DNA from: Nanobdellota archaeon
Lineage (GTDB): Archaea > Nanobdellota > Nanobdellia > Pacearchaeales > GW2011-AR1
NCBI GenBank assembly: GCA_038045445.1
Contig: JBBSYC010000001.1
Span: 35,140-99,139 of the forward strand
Direction of reading: 5' to 3'
Length of the DNA stretch: 64,000 bases
The notes under the pieces were generated by a model. The model saw only the letters and a list, made by a program, of their open reading frames with translations. It did no database searches and was not told the DNA's origin. Shown piece by piece: positions 47,381 to 56,854 of this stretch. How positions within the stretch are numbered: the stretch's first letter is position 1; every line of letters starts with the position of its first letter. The translations under genes and the position numbers were made by a program.

Positions 47381-50300
47381 TTGTTTTTGTTTATGAGAGT
47401 TAATTATTTTTGGTATTTGTTTTTTGTTTTAATTTTATCAATTATATTAATTACTTATTTTGTTAAGGTTAATAATCTTGAAGGCTCTTTTTCTACTCCT
47501 AGAGACGACGGAATCCTTGGATCTCTTGAAGATTCTGAAGGTCAGCTTTCTCCTCTTGGAGGTGATGAATCCTTTATAATCGAGAATACCTTAGCTCCTG
47601 CAGGTGCTTCTTTAGAGGGGACTAATGCTGTGGGTTTTGATTCTTCTAAAGGAGTTTACTATTTTGAATTTAGGGATTTTAATGATATTCTTTTAGATAG
47701 ATATGAAATAAATATTAGTAACTCCGAAGTTCAAAAAGGGATTTTAAAAATTAGGGAATCTCGAAGAAATTTCTTTCCAGTGGTTGATGGGGGGACTCTT
47801 TATAGGACCCCTTCAGGACAAATACTTCAACCAATTGATCTCGCATTAAAATCCCAGATTAACTCTTTTAATCATCAACAGACTTCTTTAAATAGTGTTC
47901 AATTTCAATATGATGAAACTGTTAGTTCTGAGACCGAAACCGTTTTACTTACAAAGCAGTATACGTTTTCCATTAAAGGGGGAACACTCATTATAGAGGT
48001 TAAACAAATTGATTCTCCTCTTACTCCTACATCGAATTATGCAGGATTTACTTTTGGTCAGGCGAATAATGTTGAGAATCCTCGAAATATATCAATACCT
48101 TATATGGAAATAGCACCCATAACTGTTGTAAATAACAGCTTCTTTTCTTCAACATATATTGATTGGTCTTTAAGCAATTCAAATTATTATCCTCAATTAG
48201 TTTGGTCTAATTCTAATTCTCCTGGAAATTTTAAAAATTCTTACTCTTCAAAATATGTTGCTCGTCAAAGTAATACATACAATAATATTGAAGAAACGGG
48301 ATATGTTTCAGTTAGTAATAATGTTGAGGATCTTATGATGGTTCCTCACAGACAGCCATCCCCTTATCGCAATCAATTGGACTCGAGACCAGTAATTTCT
48401 GTTTGGAATCTTTGGGGAAATTTTCAAACTTCGGAAGGAGTTCTTTCCTATTTTCATGATTCTCTAGGTATTGATAATCTGACTGTGATTTACAATAGAT
48501 GGAGTCAGAATTTCTGTGCTCCTCCCCATGATCTTCCTGCAGCAATGAATCTCGGCGGAAATGAGGCACTACTTAGGTTAGTAAATAAAGCTAAATCTTA
48601 TGGTTATTTATTTGCACTTTATGAAGTTTATTCAGATTTAAATCCTAGTAGTCCATTTTGGGAAAAAAATCAAGATAAAATCTCGCTTAATTCAAGTGGT
48701 GCGAGGCGTTTAGGGTGGTTTGCAGAAAGTTGCCCTTTTCCCCAAAACTATGATCTTTCGAGTGATAAGAGTTTGTTCTTTGCTCAAAATATTTCTCCTC
48801 AAATTAAAGAAACTTTTAATCCTAATGCGGTTTATACAGATGTAATTCCAAAACAATATATGACTAATGGTGGAATAGATTATTCTGCAACTAATTTAAA
48901 TTCTAGTTCTATTGGTGCTACTATGCAAAATGCTATGCATTTGTTTGATTTTCTTCATTCTAATTATAACTCTCCTCTTTTTGGAGAGGGTGGTCAAGTT
49001 CCAATTTCTCCAAGAGTAATGTATGGAGGTTTGGTTGATTCAATTGGAGGTGAAATTGTTGGTAGGGAATTTGCCCCCATATTACCAGATTATGAACTTA
49101 AAATTATAAAACCTTTAATGGCAAATCAGGGAATGGGTATGCCTCAAAGATGGGTTGGAGATGGGACAATACACCATGTCGGAGATTTGGACATAGCTAA
49201 TTTAGATTTGGATAAGTATAATTCAATGGCTATCTCTTATGGTCATACTGGGTATATAGACGAATTGTTGAGTCAAACAAATCCCCTTTATTATCTGTCC
49301 AAATATTATGTAACTGAATATTATTTATTTAGGGAAATTCAAGAGAGATATCTTTCTTCTCCAGTAATATCAGTTTTATATGAAAATTCTTCTGGAAATA
49401 TGATTGATCTTAATGAAGCTTTGCGCCAGAATCTAGATTTTAGTAAGACTAAATTAAGAACTTCTTATTCTAATGGTCTCGTGGTATATGTTAATCACGG
49501 TTCTTCTATTTGGGTAGTTACCCAAAGTGGGAAAACTTATTATCTACCATTAAATGGTTGGTTGGCTATTGCCCCAGATTTTATAGAGTATTCTGCTTTA
49601 GTAGACCAAAATGGTAATCCTTCGATTAGTGGACATAGGGCAGATTATATTTATTCCCCCAATTATCTTTTCGTGAATGGCCGCGGAGTTGAAACCTCGT
49701 TTGGAAATGATTATTTCAATAATCCTATAATTGCAACTAATATTTTAGTAATTAAACCTACTGGTTGGATAGTTCTTGAAACTTTAGACCCTAATATAGG
49801 GGGACAATTTGTTCCTTCGGTTTTTCATTTAGTTCCATCAATAAATAGGATAAATCCAGATAATGTTATTAATAATAAGGATAATTTAATTAGAGTTCAA
49901 GGACTTAATTTTACGTTTACTAATTTTTTAATGCTTAATGATATTCTCTTAGATGATAGCATTTATCAAGTTAATATTGTTAATTCTACAGATATAACTT
50001 TTGTTCTTCCATCTGGATTTTCGACCGGAGATTATAATTTAACTGTTATTCATCCAATTGGTCAAACTGGTAGTCTGACTAGTAATTCCTTAATTTTAAG
50101 GGTTGAATCTCCAAGTGGTACTGGCGGAAGCTCATCCGGTGGTGGTTCTTCCGGTGGTGGAGGCGGAGGAGGCTCTGGAGGTCCTGCAGTCGGAGGAGGT
50201 TTAATAACTCAATGTAACGATGGAGTCGATAACGACGGAGATTTGTTAATAGATTATCCAAATGATTTGGGGTGCAGTAGTTCTAATGACAATAGTGAAA

Positions 50301-50527
50301 TTGATTCTGAATTGATAATAGGATCTACTTCTGGTTCAAATTATACCTCTGGCAACTCAGGGGCTGTCGGAGGAAGGGATTCTGGAGAGAATATGAGCTT
50401 AATCTTTTGGGTTCTTCTTGTATCTCTTTCAATTGCTATAATTATTGTATTTGTTTTAATTATAAGACATTATAGGGCGCGTAAAAGAATAGATTCACTA
50501 ACAAGATTTTCTAATTACTCTAAGTAA
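47381..50527 (+). CDS. giant surface protein 3 (1048 aa)
   Basis: N-terminal TM, large uncharacterised ectodomain, IPT-like domain, the same C-terminal module. Tail RHYRARKR. Confidence 0.65.
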   Translation: MFLFMRVNYFWYLFFVLILSIILITYFVKVNNLEGSFSTPRDDGILGSLEDSEGQLSPLGGDESFIIENTLAPAGASLEGTNAVGFDSSKGVYYFEFRDFNDILLDRYEINISNSEVQKGILKIRESRRNFFPVVDGGTLYRTPSGQILQPIDLALKSQINSFNHQQTSLNSVQFQYDETVSSETETVLLTKQYTFSIKGGTLIIEVKQIDSPLTPTSNYAGFTFGQANNVENPRNISIPYMEIAPITVVNNSFFSSTYIDWSLSNSNYYPQLVWSNSNSPGNFKNSYSSKYVARQSNTYNNIEETGYVSVSNNVEDLMMVPHRQPSPYRNQLDSRPVISVWNLWGNFQTSEGVLSYFHDSLGIDNLTVIYNRWSQNFCAPPHDLPAAMNLGGNEALLRLVNKAKSYGYLFALYEVYSDLNPSSPFWEKNQDKISLNSSGARRLGWFAESCPFPQNYDLSSDKSLFFAQNISPQIKETFNPNAVYTDVIPKQYMTNGGIDYSATNLNSSSIGATMQNAMHLFDFLHSNYNSPLFGEGGQVPISPRVMYGGLVDSIGGEIVGREFAPILPDYELKIIKPLMANQGMGMPQRWVGDGTIHHVGDLDIANLDLDKYNSMAISYGHTGYIDELLSQTNPLYYLSKYYVTEYYLFREIQERYLSSPVISVLYENSSGNMIDLNEALRQNLDFSKTKLRTSYSNGLVVYVNHGSSIWVVTQSGKTYYLPLNGWLAIAPDFIEYSALVDQNGNPSISGHRADYIYSPNYLFVNGRGVETSFGNDYFNNPIIATNILVIKPTGWIVLETLDPNIGGQFVPSVFHLVPSINRINPDNVINNKDNLIRVQGLNFTFTNFLMLNDILLDDSIYQVNIVNSTDITFVLPSGFSTGDYNLTVIHPIGQTGSLTSNSLILRVESPSGTGGSSSGGGSSGGGGGGGSGGPAVGGGLITQCNDGVDNDGDLLIDYPNDLGCSSSNDNSEIDSELIIGSTSGSNYTSGNSGAVGGRDSGENMSLIFWVLLVSLSIAIIIVFVLIIRHYRARKRIDSLTRFSNYSK

Positions 50528-50540
50528 TAATGTAATATAT

Positions 50541-51635
50541 TTATTCTATTTGAAATCTTAATATTGCCCCTGCGCCCTTTGTGATATTGTAGAATTGTTC
50601 GCCTTCTTGCGTTTCATCTGAAATCATTATAACTTCAGAACCCATATCTATTGCCAATCTTTCTAGTTCTGCTACTTGCTTCTTCTCTAATTTTTCAGAT
50701 ATTAACAATTTGTGGACTGCTCCCCTTTCTAAAGCTACTTTTGTTTTTTCAATACCATATGCTGCTTTTTCAGGATATTTTCCCAAGGTCATGAAAAACT
50801 CTTCTATTATCTTTTTTTCCTTTATTATTTCTTGCTCTGCAATATCGCTTTGTGAGGCTTCTACTAAAAGTTTTAGTCCATGTTCATCTACATATCCTAT
50901 GTCTTTAACTGCTATGACTTTCTCTTTTAATTTTGTTACTAATTGACCTTCTTCTAAGAACTCTTCTTTTGTAGGTATTGGTCCACCTACAAGAATTCCT
51001 TTTAATCTAGGTAATTCAAAGAATAATTCTTTCATTGCTTCTGCAGTTCTTCTGAAAAATTCTTTTGCCAAACCTTCTGTTATTCTGTGAAAACGCTGAG
51101 AACTTTGACCTCCTGCCCTCACTTTGCTTGGAACTCCCGAAGTTAAATGTCTTAGAACTTTGATTTGTTTTCCTTCTAATAATCCTAGAGTTGCTTCCTG
51201 TCTATCTATTACTACAAGAGCATACACTTCGTCTGTTTGAAGCATGTCTTTTAATGGTTCCGTTACAAAAACTTGATCGCACCTATACATTCTGACTCTT
51301 AGGGGTTTTGGAGGTTCTATTGCCCATAATTTTATATCAGATACTCCTTCTTTTTCAGATATATTTCCAGCATATAAAGCAAGACCATTTTTTGGAGTTG
51401 CCTTCGTATTCTTTAGCGTTCTGATTATCATATCTATTGCATCGGTAACTGCACTTCTTGTTGCTTTAGATTTAATGTTATCTGCTGTTGAACGCTCTGA
51501 CTCTAATTGTTTTGTTACACTGTGAATATTGAAATCTACTGGAATGAGCACTGTGACTAATTCAGTATGTCTTCCTCTGACACTTTCCAATTCTTCAATT
51601 TGTTCTTCTAGTTGAAGTTTTTGTTTGTCGTTCAT
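50541..51635 (-). CDS. prf1: peptide chain release factor aRF1
   Basis: NIKS motif (TADNIKSK) and GGQ motif (RAGGQSSQRF). Confidence 0.9.
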   Translation of the reverse strand: MNDKQKLQLEEQIEELESVRGRHTELVTVLIPVDFNIHSVTKQLESERSTADNIKSKATRSAVTDAIDMIIRTLKNTKATPKNGLALYAGNISEKEGVSDIKLWAIEPPKPLRVRMYRCDQVFVTEPLKDMLQTDEVYALVVIDRQEATLGLLEGKQIKVLRHLTSGVPSKVRAGGQSSQRFHRITEGLAKEFFRRTAEAMKELFFELPRLKGILVGGPIPTKEEFLEEGQLVTKLKEKVIAVKDIGYVDEHGLKLLVEASQSDIAEQEIIKEKKIIEEFFMTLGKYPEKAAYGIEKTKVALERGAVHKLLISEKLEKKQVAELERLAIDMGSEVIMISDETQEGEQFYNITKGAGAILRFQIE

Positions 51636-52027
51636 GATGGTTTTATTCTCCTATACTTTCCTAGTTCGAGGATAGTTATAGAATTTATTAGATTATCTGG
51701 TTCTATTTCGTCTATAAGGCTTTTTAAGGTATTTGTTATTTGGATTCCAGTAAAAGAGTAAGGAAGCCTTATAATTATTAGACCATAATGGCTACTCTTG
51801 GAGTATCTTAATGGGTTGCCAAAATTCTTATCTTTTGTTATTAGTATAGCTTTTTTATTTTTAGCATATTCTGCAATCTTGCCATCTTCCTCTCCTTGTA
51901 ACTCTGTTAAACTAATATGTTCTACTTCAAAACCTTTGCTTTTTAGCATTTCTACCGAGGATTTAGGAACATTTTCATCTAAAACAAATTTACATTTATT
52001 TTTGTAGTTCTCTAACTTCTTCACCAT
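51632..52027 (-). CDS. DUF5615-family PIN-like putative toxin
   Basis: N-terminal KFVLDENVP...GFEV and KAILITKDKNFG match the DUF5615 pattern. Stop overlaps the aRF1 start (ATGA). Confidence 0.65.
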   Translation of the reverse strand: MVKKLENYKNKCKFVLDENVPKSSVEMLKSKGFEVEHISLTELQGEEDGKIAEYAKNKKAILITKDKNFGNPLRYSKSSHYGLIIIRLPYSFTGIQITNTLKSLIDEIEPDNLINSITILELGKYRRIKPS

Positions 52028-52214
52028 GTATTAAAGAAGCAATATATCTCAATACTATAAGAATATCTTCTTTTCTTAAATTATATTCTTTTTCTATTTC
52101 TTCATAAGTCATTCCTGAAGTAAGCATTCCAAGAACCTCTTCAACAGATATTCTTGTTCCTTCTATTATAGGTATTCCATGTCTTACTCTTTGATCTATT
52201 ATTATTTTTCTCAT
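51996..52214 (-). CDS. DUF433-family putative antitoxin
   Basis: GIPIIEGTRISVEEVLGMLTSGMTYEEIEKEY...EDILIVLRYIA matches DUF433. 32-nt overlap with DUF5615. Confidence 0.65.
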   Translation of the reverse strand: MRKIIIDQRVRHGIPIIEGTRISVEEVLGMLTSGMTYEEIEKEYNLRKEDILIVLRYIASLIHGEEVRELQK

Positions 52215-52264
52215 ATATCTTAATGAATTGAAGAGTTAATAAAAGTTGGGTTTCTTTAATTGCG

Positions 52265-52400
52265 TTTTAAACCTTATGAATTGATGTCGAAGTGTTTGGA
52301 AACCACTTACTTTAGTGCGTGGAACACTTCGAGCATCCAAAAATCGAGCACCATTCAAATCGTATGCTAAAGCATGCGGTGGTGCATCGATTTTTTGATA
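52265..52400 (+). ncRNA. candidate structured small RNA (two long nested hairpins ending in a T6 run); identity unknown, strand uncertain
   Basis: Two long imperfect hairpins ending in TTTTTT at 52391-52396 (details in the ncRNA finding). GC-richer than flanks. The overlapping minus-strand 67-aa ORF has no recognisable features. Confidence 0.25.
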
Positions 52401-52676
52401 TTCATAGGCCTTCGCTTGTAGAGGACAAGCTTCAGACATTGCTAATTGAGATTAGAAGGCTTAAAATTATAATCTGAGATAATTTTAAGGGTTGCGGGTT
52501 AAAAAACTAATCTAATTGACCTATTGCTCTGTCTTTTTCTCTAACAAACGGTCCAATCCCCTTAAATATCCCAAAGTAGCTTTTTATCTTCTTATTTTTT
52601 GTTTTTTTATTATATTTTATTTTCATCTTAACCAAAGTATTATAATAAAACACCATTGGAAACTATTAAATGTTTT

Positions 52677-55046
52677 CTATTGCAAATTGTGACAAGCTAC
52701 TAAATCTTTCTCAAAATTCTTTAGTGATGTTGGGATTCTTATGTTTTTTATTGCTTCTTTCAAGGAAATTCCATTTTCCTTTTTTTGTTTCCATACTTCG
52801 CCGTTGAACTGCATGATACTTTCTATTATTTTTTCTGCTTCTTTGTTTTCTTTTCCCTTTGGAAATGTCGTTTTATGTAAGATTATATCTAGCCCATTAC
52901 CTATTACAGAAGTTACTTGGGGGAGTATAGGGTATAGTAGAGTTATCATTCTTTCTAATAGATAGTATAGGGTATACTTTGCTGATTCGCTTTCTTCCTT
53001 GCTGAAATTATTTGATTCGTTGTATGCTCTGCTTTTTATCATCTCAATGTAATGTGAAGCAAAAATGTCCCAGAGAAATTTTCTTAATGTTTCTGCTGGG
53101 GTATGAAAGTCATAGTGTTCGTAAGATATATCTATTCTTGATGTTTGTGTGTCAATATAACTTATGAATAATTTATCTAACTCTGTTAACTTTGATTTTT
53201 TTGGTTTTTTGAACTGGCAAACAAACCTTGATACATTAACTAGCTTGTTTATGGTTTTTGTTTCTGCGCCTATTCTATCCATTGAACATTTTAGGTCCTG
53301 TTCTGCTAAATTTCCTTCTAATGCTGCCCAAAATCTAAATGCTTCTGCTCCATGTGTTTTTAGTATGTCTTGTGGGTCGATTCCATTTCCCAAAGACTTT
53401 GACATTTTTCTTCCTTGGCTGTCCACTATATGCTGATGTATCCAGACATCTTTGAACGGTGGTTCTCCCATCTCTAAATATCCTCTAAGCATTGTGTAAT
53501 ATAACCATGTTCTAACTATTTCCTTGCCTTGAGGTCTTAATGAAATAGGGTATGCTTTTTTTGCAAATTCTGAGGGATATTTAATCATATTCAACTCTGA
53601 AATAGAGGAGTCAAACCATGTATCAAATACTTTTTCTTCACCAACCCATGTTTTTTCTTTAAAGTCAGATATTTTTCCTACTTTTTTTCCATTTTCAAAT
53701 ATTATTGATTCTTTTGGAGCATTTTCTTTTGTTGGTTCATAATATTTTCCTTTAGGAGGCACTGCAATAAGATTTTCAGAACGCCATAAAGGAATAGGAG
53801 TTGCATAAAATCTTCTTCTTGATATTGGCCAGTCTATTGAAATAGAATCTAACCATCTAATTAAGATTTCTTTTGATTCCTTTGGATAAAACTCTATTTT
53901 TTCCATAACTTTTTTTAATTTTGGAATAAATTCTAACTGTTTAAGATAATATTCTGGCATCTGTATAAATTCTATTTCTGCTCCGGATCTTTCCGATGTT
54001 GGGGTTCTATGAACTATACTTTCTTGTTTTATGATTAGATTTTGTTTTTGCAAATCTTCTATTATTTTTTCTCTTGCTTCTTTTACTTTTAATCCTTGAT
54101 ATGATTTTGCTATTTCATTCATTCTACCTTCTTTTGTTATCGCTATTTTTGGTTTTAGATTCATTTCCCTGAAGAACTGAATATCTGTAACATCTCCTGC
54201 TGAACACATCATCATTAATCCTGTTCCTTTGTCAATTTGCGCAAATGGATGCTCTTGTATTGGAACTTCATAATTGAAGATAGGGACAATTGCTTTTTTT
54301 CCTTTTAGGTGTTTGTATCTCTTATCTTCTGGATTATATACAACCATTGCACAAGTACATAATAGCTCAGGTCTTGTTGTTGCTATAACTATTTTTTCTT
54401 TAGAATCTTTTATTTTCCATTCAATATGGTTGAATTTTGATGGAATTTCTTTATATTCTATTTCAGAATCTGCAACTGTTGTTCTTAGTTTGGTATCCCA
54501 GTTATTTATTCTGTTATCTTCGTAAACCAGATTTTTATGAAACAAGTCAATAAATGTATCTTGAGTTATTTTTCTGTATTCTGGAGAATCTGTGTGATAG
54601 ATATCTCCTATTTTATTCCCTTTTTTATATGAAGAATATGAGTGACCTAGTCTTGCAAATGAGTCAACTGATTCTTCAGATGCAGATTCTAATAATTTTT
54701 TACAATGCTCTATAAATTGTTCTCTACCTACTTTAAAGGGAGATATGTTAAACTTCTTCTCTGTTGCTAATTCTATAGGGAGACCGTTTCTATCTAGACC
54801 TAAAGGAAATAAGACTTCGAAGCCTTTCATTCTTTTGTATCTTGCAAAGAAGTCCATGTAAGTGTATGTTGTTGCATGGCCCATATGTATGGGGGTGTTA
54901 ACATAAGGAGGGGGAGTATCAATAGAGTAAATTTCCTTTTTTGTATTTGGATTAAATGGGAAAAGGTTGTTTTCTTTCCAGAAGGTTGTTATCTGCTTTT
55001 CTATCTCAATATTCCAGTTTTTAATTTCTGATAGTTTTGGTTCCAT
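52677..55046 (-). CDS. valS: valyl-tRNA synthetase
   Basis: HMGH (HIGH) and KMSKS motifs. ValRS-specific TTRPELL...NPEDKRY...KGTG and DWPISRRRFYATPIPLW. 789 aa. Confidence 0.8.
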   Translation of the reverse strand: MEPKLSEIKNWNIEIEKQITTFWKENNLFPFNPNTKKEIYSIDTPPPYVNTPIHMGHATTYTYMDFFARYKRMKGFEVLFPLGLDRNGLPIELATEKKFNISPFKVGREQFIEHCKKLLESASEESVDSFARLGHSYSSYKKGNKIGDIYHTDSPEYRKITQDTFIDLFHKNLVYEDNRINNWDTKLRTTVADSEIEYKEIPSKFNHIEWKIKDSKEKIVIATTRPELLCTCAMVVYNPEDKRYKHLKGKKAIVPIFNYEVPIQEHPFAQIDKGTGLMMMCSAGDVTDIQFFREMNLKPKIAITKEGRMNEIAKSYQGLKVKEAREKIIEDLQKQNLIIKQESIVHRTPTSERSGAEIEFIQMPEYYLKQLEFIPKLKKVMEKIEFYPKESKEILIRWLDSISIDWPISRRRFYATPIPLWRSENLIAVPPKGKYYEPTKENAPKESIIFENGKKVGKISDFKEKTWVGEEKVFDTWFDSSISELNMIKYPSEFAKKAYPISLRPQGKEIVRTWLYYTMLRGYLEMGEPPFKDVWIHQHIVDSQGRKMSKSLGNGIDPQDILKTHGAEAFRFWAALEGNLAEQDLKCSMDRIGAETKTINKLVNVSRFVCQFKKPKKSKLTELDKLFISYIDTQTSRIDISYEHYDFHTPAETLRKFLWDIFASHYIEMIKSRAYNESNNFSKEESESAKYTLYYLLERMITLLYPILPQVTSVIGNGLDIILHKTTFPKGKENKEAEKIIESIMQFNGEVWKQKKENGISLKEAIKNIRIPTSLKNFEKDLVACHNLQ

Positions 55047-55095
55047 GTTTAAAGCACGTGGAAACGTATTTTAAGACTTTTCTTTTAGGATTTAT

Positions 55096-55707
55096 ATGGA
55101 TTTGAAGAAGGCCTTGAAACAACTTTCAGAACTTAAGAGGCTTGGGGGTAAGATGCGTTTAGCTGCTGAATCTTGGGGTGCTGAATGGAAGTGTCTTATT
55201 GCAACAATAATGTCTGCGCAATCTAGGGATGAGACAACTATAATTGTTGCTGAAAGGTTGTTTGATGAATATAATTCTCTTGATAAATTGGCTAATGCTT
55301 CTTATAATGATGTCTTGAAAGTCTTTAGAAGTTTGAATTATAATAAGACTAAAGCTAAAAATGTTATTTCTTGTGCTTCGGAGTTAATTGAGAGATATAA
55401 TGGTAAAATTCCTCACGACTTGGATAAATTGATTGAGCTTTCTGGAGTTGGGCGCAAAACCGCTAATGTGTTTTTATCTGAACATGGTCACGATGGTTTG
55501 GCCGTAGACACTCACGTATTTCAGATTGCTAGAAAACTTGATTGGTCTAAGGAAAAGAATCCTCATAAAGTAGAGGCTGATTTGAAGAAATTGTTTCCCT
55601 CTAAGTATTGGGCTTCTGTGAATCCAGTTCTTGTTAGGTTTGGAAAGAGATATACTTCTCGTAAAAAGAAGAATGAGTTGCTTGAGGGGGTAAGTAGGAT
55701 TAAATAA
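55096..55707 (+). CDS. endonuclease III-like HhH-GPD DNA glycosylase
   Basis: HhH-GPD motif LIELSGVGRKTANVFL...D. Confidence 0.7.
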   Translation: MDLKKALKQLSELKRLGGKMRLAAESWGAEWKCLIATIMSAQSRDETTIIVAERLFDEYNSLDKLANASYNDVLKVFRSLNYNKTKAKNVISCASELIERYNGKIPHDLDKLIELSGVGRKTANVFLSEHGHDGLAVDTHVFQIARKLDWSKEKNPHKVEADLKKLFPSKYWASVNPVLVRFGKRYTSRKKKNELLEGVSRIK

Positions 55708-55727
55708 CTCTTCTTTATTCTTGTTTT

Positions 55728-56369
55728 ATGATAAAAGGAATTATTTTTGATAAAGATGGCGTTATATTTGACTCTGAGCCAGTTTACGCTATGGCAACTA
55801 TAAAAACTCTTGAGAAATTTGGGCATTTTTTAACAGAAAAAGATTATTTTGAATATTGGACAAGAAAAGGTTGGGGAATTAAGGAGTTTTTGGAGCATAA
55901 GAAAATTAAGATTGATCTTGAGGAATTCAAAAGGATGAGGCATGAAATAATTGATTTTGAAATTAAAAGAAAACTTCCCTTAATTGATGGTGCTGAAAAA
56001 GTTTTATCTTCTTTTAAGGGCATTTATCCTCTTGCTCTTGTTACTTCTTCTGATACAAGGGTGACTAATTTGAAACTTGAGATTTCTGGGTTTTACAGGT
56101 TTTTTGATTTTGTTATAACTAAAGAAGATGTTACAAATCACAAACCTCACCCCGAAGGGTTTTTGCTCGCTGCTGATAAACTTAATATTAATCCAGAGAA
56201 TATTGTTGTGATAGAAGATGCCGAAAAAGGAGTAATTGCTGCTCACAATGCAGGAATGAAATGCATTGCGATACCAAATAAATATACTAAATTTAATGAT
56301 TTTTCCTTGGCGGATGTTGTTCTTAGAGATATAGGGGAGATTACTCCTGAACTGATTAAGACCTTGTAA
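55728..56369 (+). CDS. HAD-superfamily hydrolase (beta-phosphoglucomutase-like subfamily)
   Basis: IIFDKDGVIFDSE motif I, VTSS motif II, IEDAEKGVIAAHNAGM motif IV. Confidence 0.7.
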   Translation: MIKGIIFDKDGVIFDSEPVYAMATIKTLEKFGHFLTEKDYFEYWTRKGWGIKEFLEHKKIKIDLEEFKRMRHEIIDFEIKRKLPLIDGAEKVLSSFKGIYPLALVTSSDTRVTNLKLEISGFYRFFDFVITKEDVTNHKPHPEGFLLAADKLNINPENIVVIEDAEKGVIAAHNAGMKCIAIPNKYTKFNDFSLADVVLRDIGEITPELIKTL

Positions 56370-56401
56370 AGATTTTTATACTAACCTTTATTGTGTCTTT
56401 C

Positions 56402-56572
56402 ATGGCTCACCAACAACAATCTCTTCAGATGCCTGGTGCATTTGGTGGAATTATGCGTTATGATTCAGAGTATCAAAGCAAGGTTATGCTTTCTCCAAAG
56501 GCAGTTGTTGCGTTTTTGGTTGCGGTTATAGCCTTTGTTATTGTTTTGAAAGTTTTCTGGCCTGTTGTTTAA
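56402..56572 (+). CDS. preprotein translocase subunit Sec61-beta (SecG), 56 aa
   Basis: Hand-translated MAHQQQSLQMPGAFGGIMRYDSEYQSKVMLSPKAVVAFLVAVIAFVIVLKVFWPVV. G-[GL]-MRY motif plus a single C-terminal TM is the archaeal Sec-beta signature. Below the track's 60-aa cutoff. Confidence 0.65.
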   Translation: MAHQQQSLQMPGAFGGIMRYDSEYQSKVMLSPKAVVAFLVAVIAFVIVLKVFWPVV

Positions 56573-56641
56573 TTGTTCAAATTGAGTTTATTCATAGTTT
56601 TGAATAAAGTTTAAATAGAATAAAATTATTTTGTCATACTG

Positions 56642-56854
56642 GTGATTGAAATGTCAAGCAATAGAGACTTAAGAGATCAGATGAATAGTGATTCTGTTGC
56701 CGAGGCTTTTGGTTTTCTTTTATCTGGAAAGAAGGGATATAAAACAGTTATTGAAAGAAAGGTTGAGCCACTTCGTTGTTCTGGGTGTAATGTTGTTTTG
56801 CAAGATGGTGTTAAGTTTTGTTCTGAGTGTGGGACTAGAGTTGTTAAGAAATAG
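56642..56854 (+). CDS. zinc-ribbon small protein
   Basis: CSGC...CSEC double CxxC near the C-terminus. Confidence 0.45.
   Translation: MIEMSSNRDLRDQMNSDSVAEAFGFLLSGKKGYKTVIERKVEPLRCSGCNVVLQDGVKFCSECGTRVVKK

Noticed and set aside
37931-50527. Inteins, self-splicing elements or a polymorphic-toxin C-terminal domain in the giant proteins
   Set aside because: No intein block motifs (Cys/Ser...His-Asn-Cys) were seen, and the C-termini end in a TM helix plus basic tail, not a toxin domain. The architecture fits anchored surface proteins.
52236-52439. 67-aa minus-strand ORF
   Set aside because: No recognisable protein features, anomalous GC, and the region is dominated by long nested inverted repeats ending in an oligo-T run. 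It is more plausibly a structured RNA or other non-coding element, so it is reported as an ncRNA candidate.
52677-55046. Leucyl-tRNA synthetase assignment for the class I synthetase
   Set aside because: The connective-peptide region carries the ValRS-specific TTRPE(T/L)L...NPED.RY...KGTG pattern and the ...NGLPIE box. Archaeal LeuRS has ...WHITGSPI... instead.
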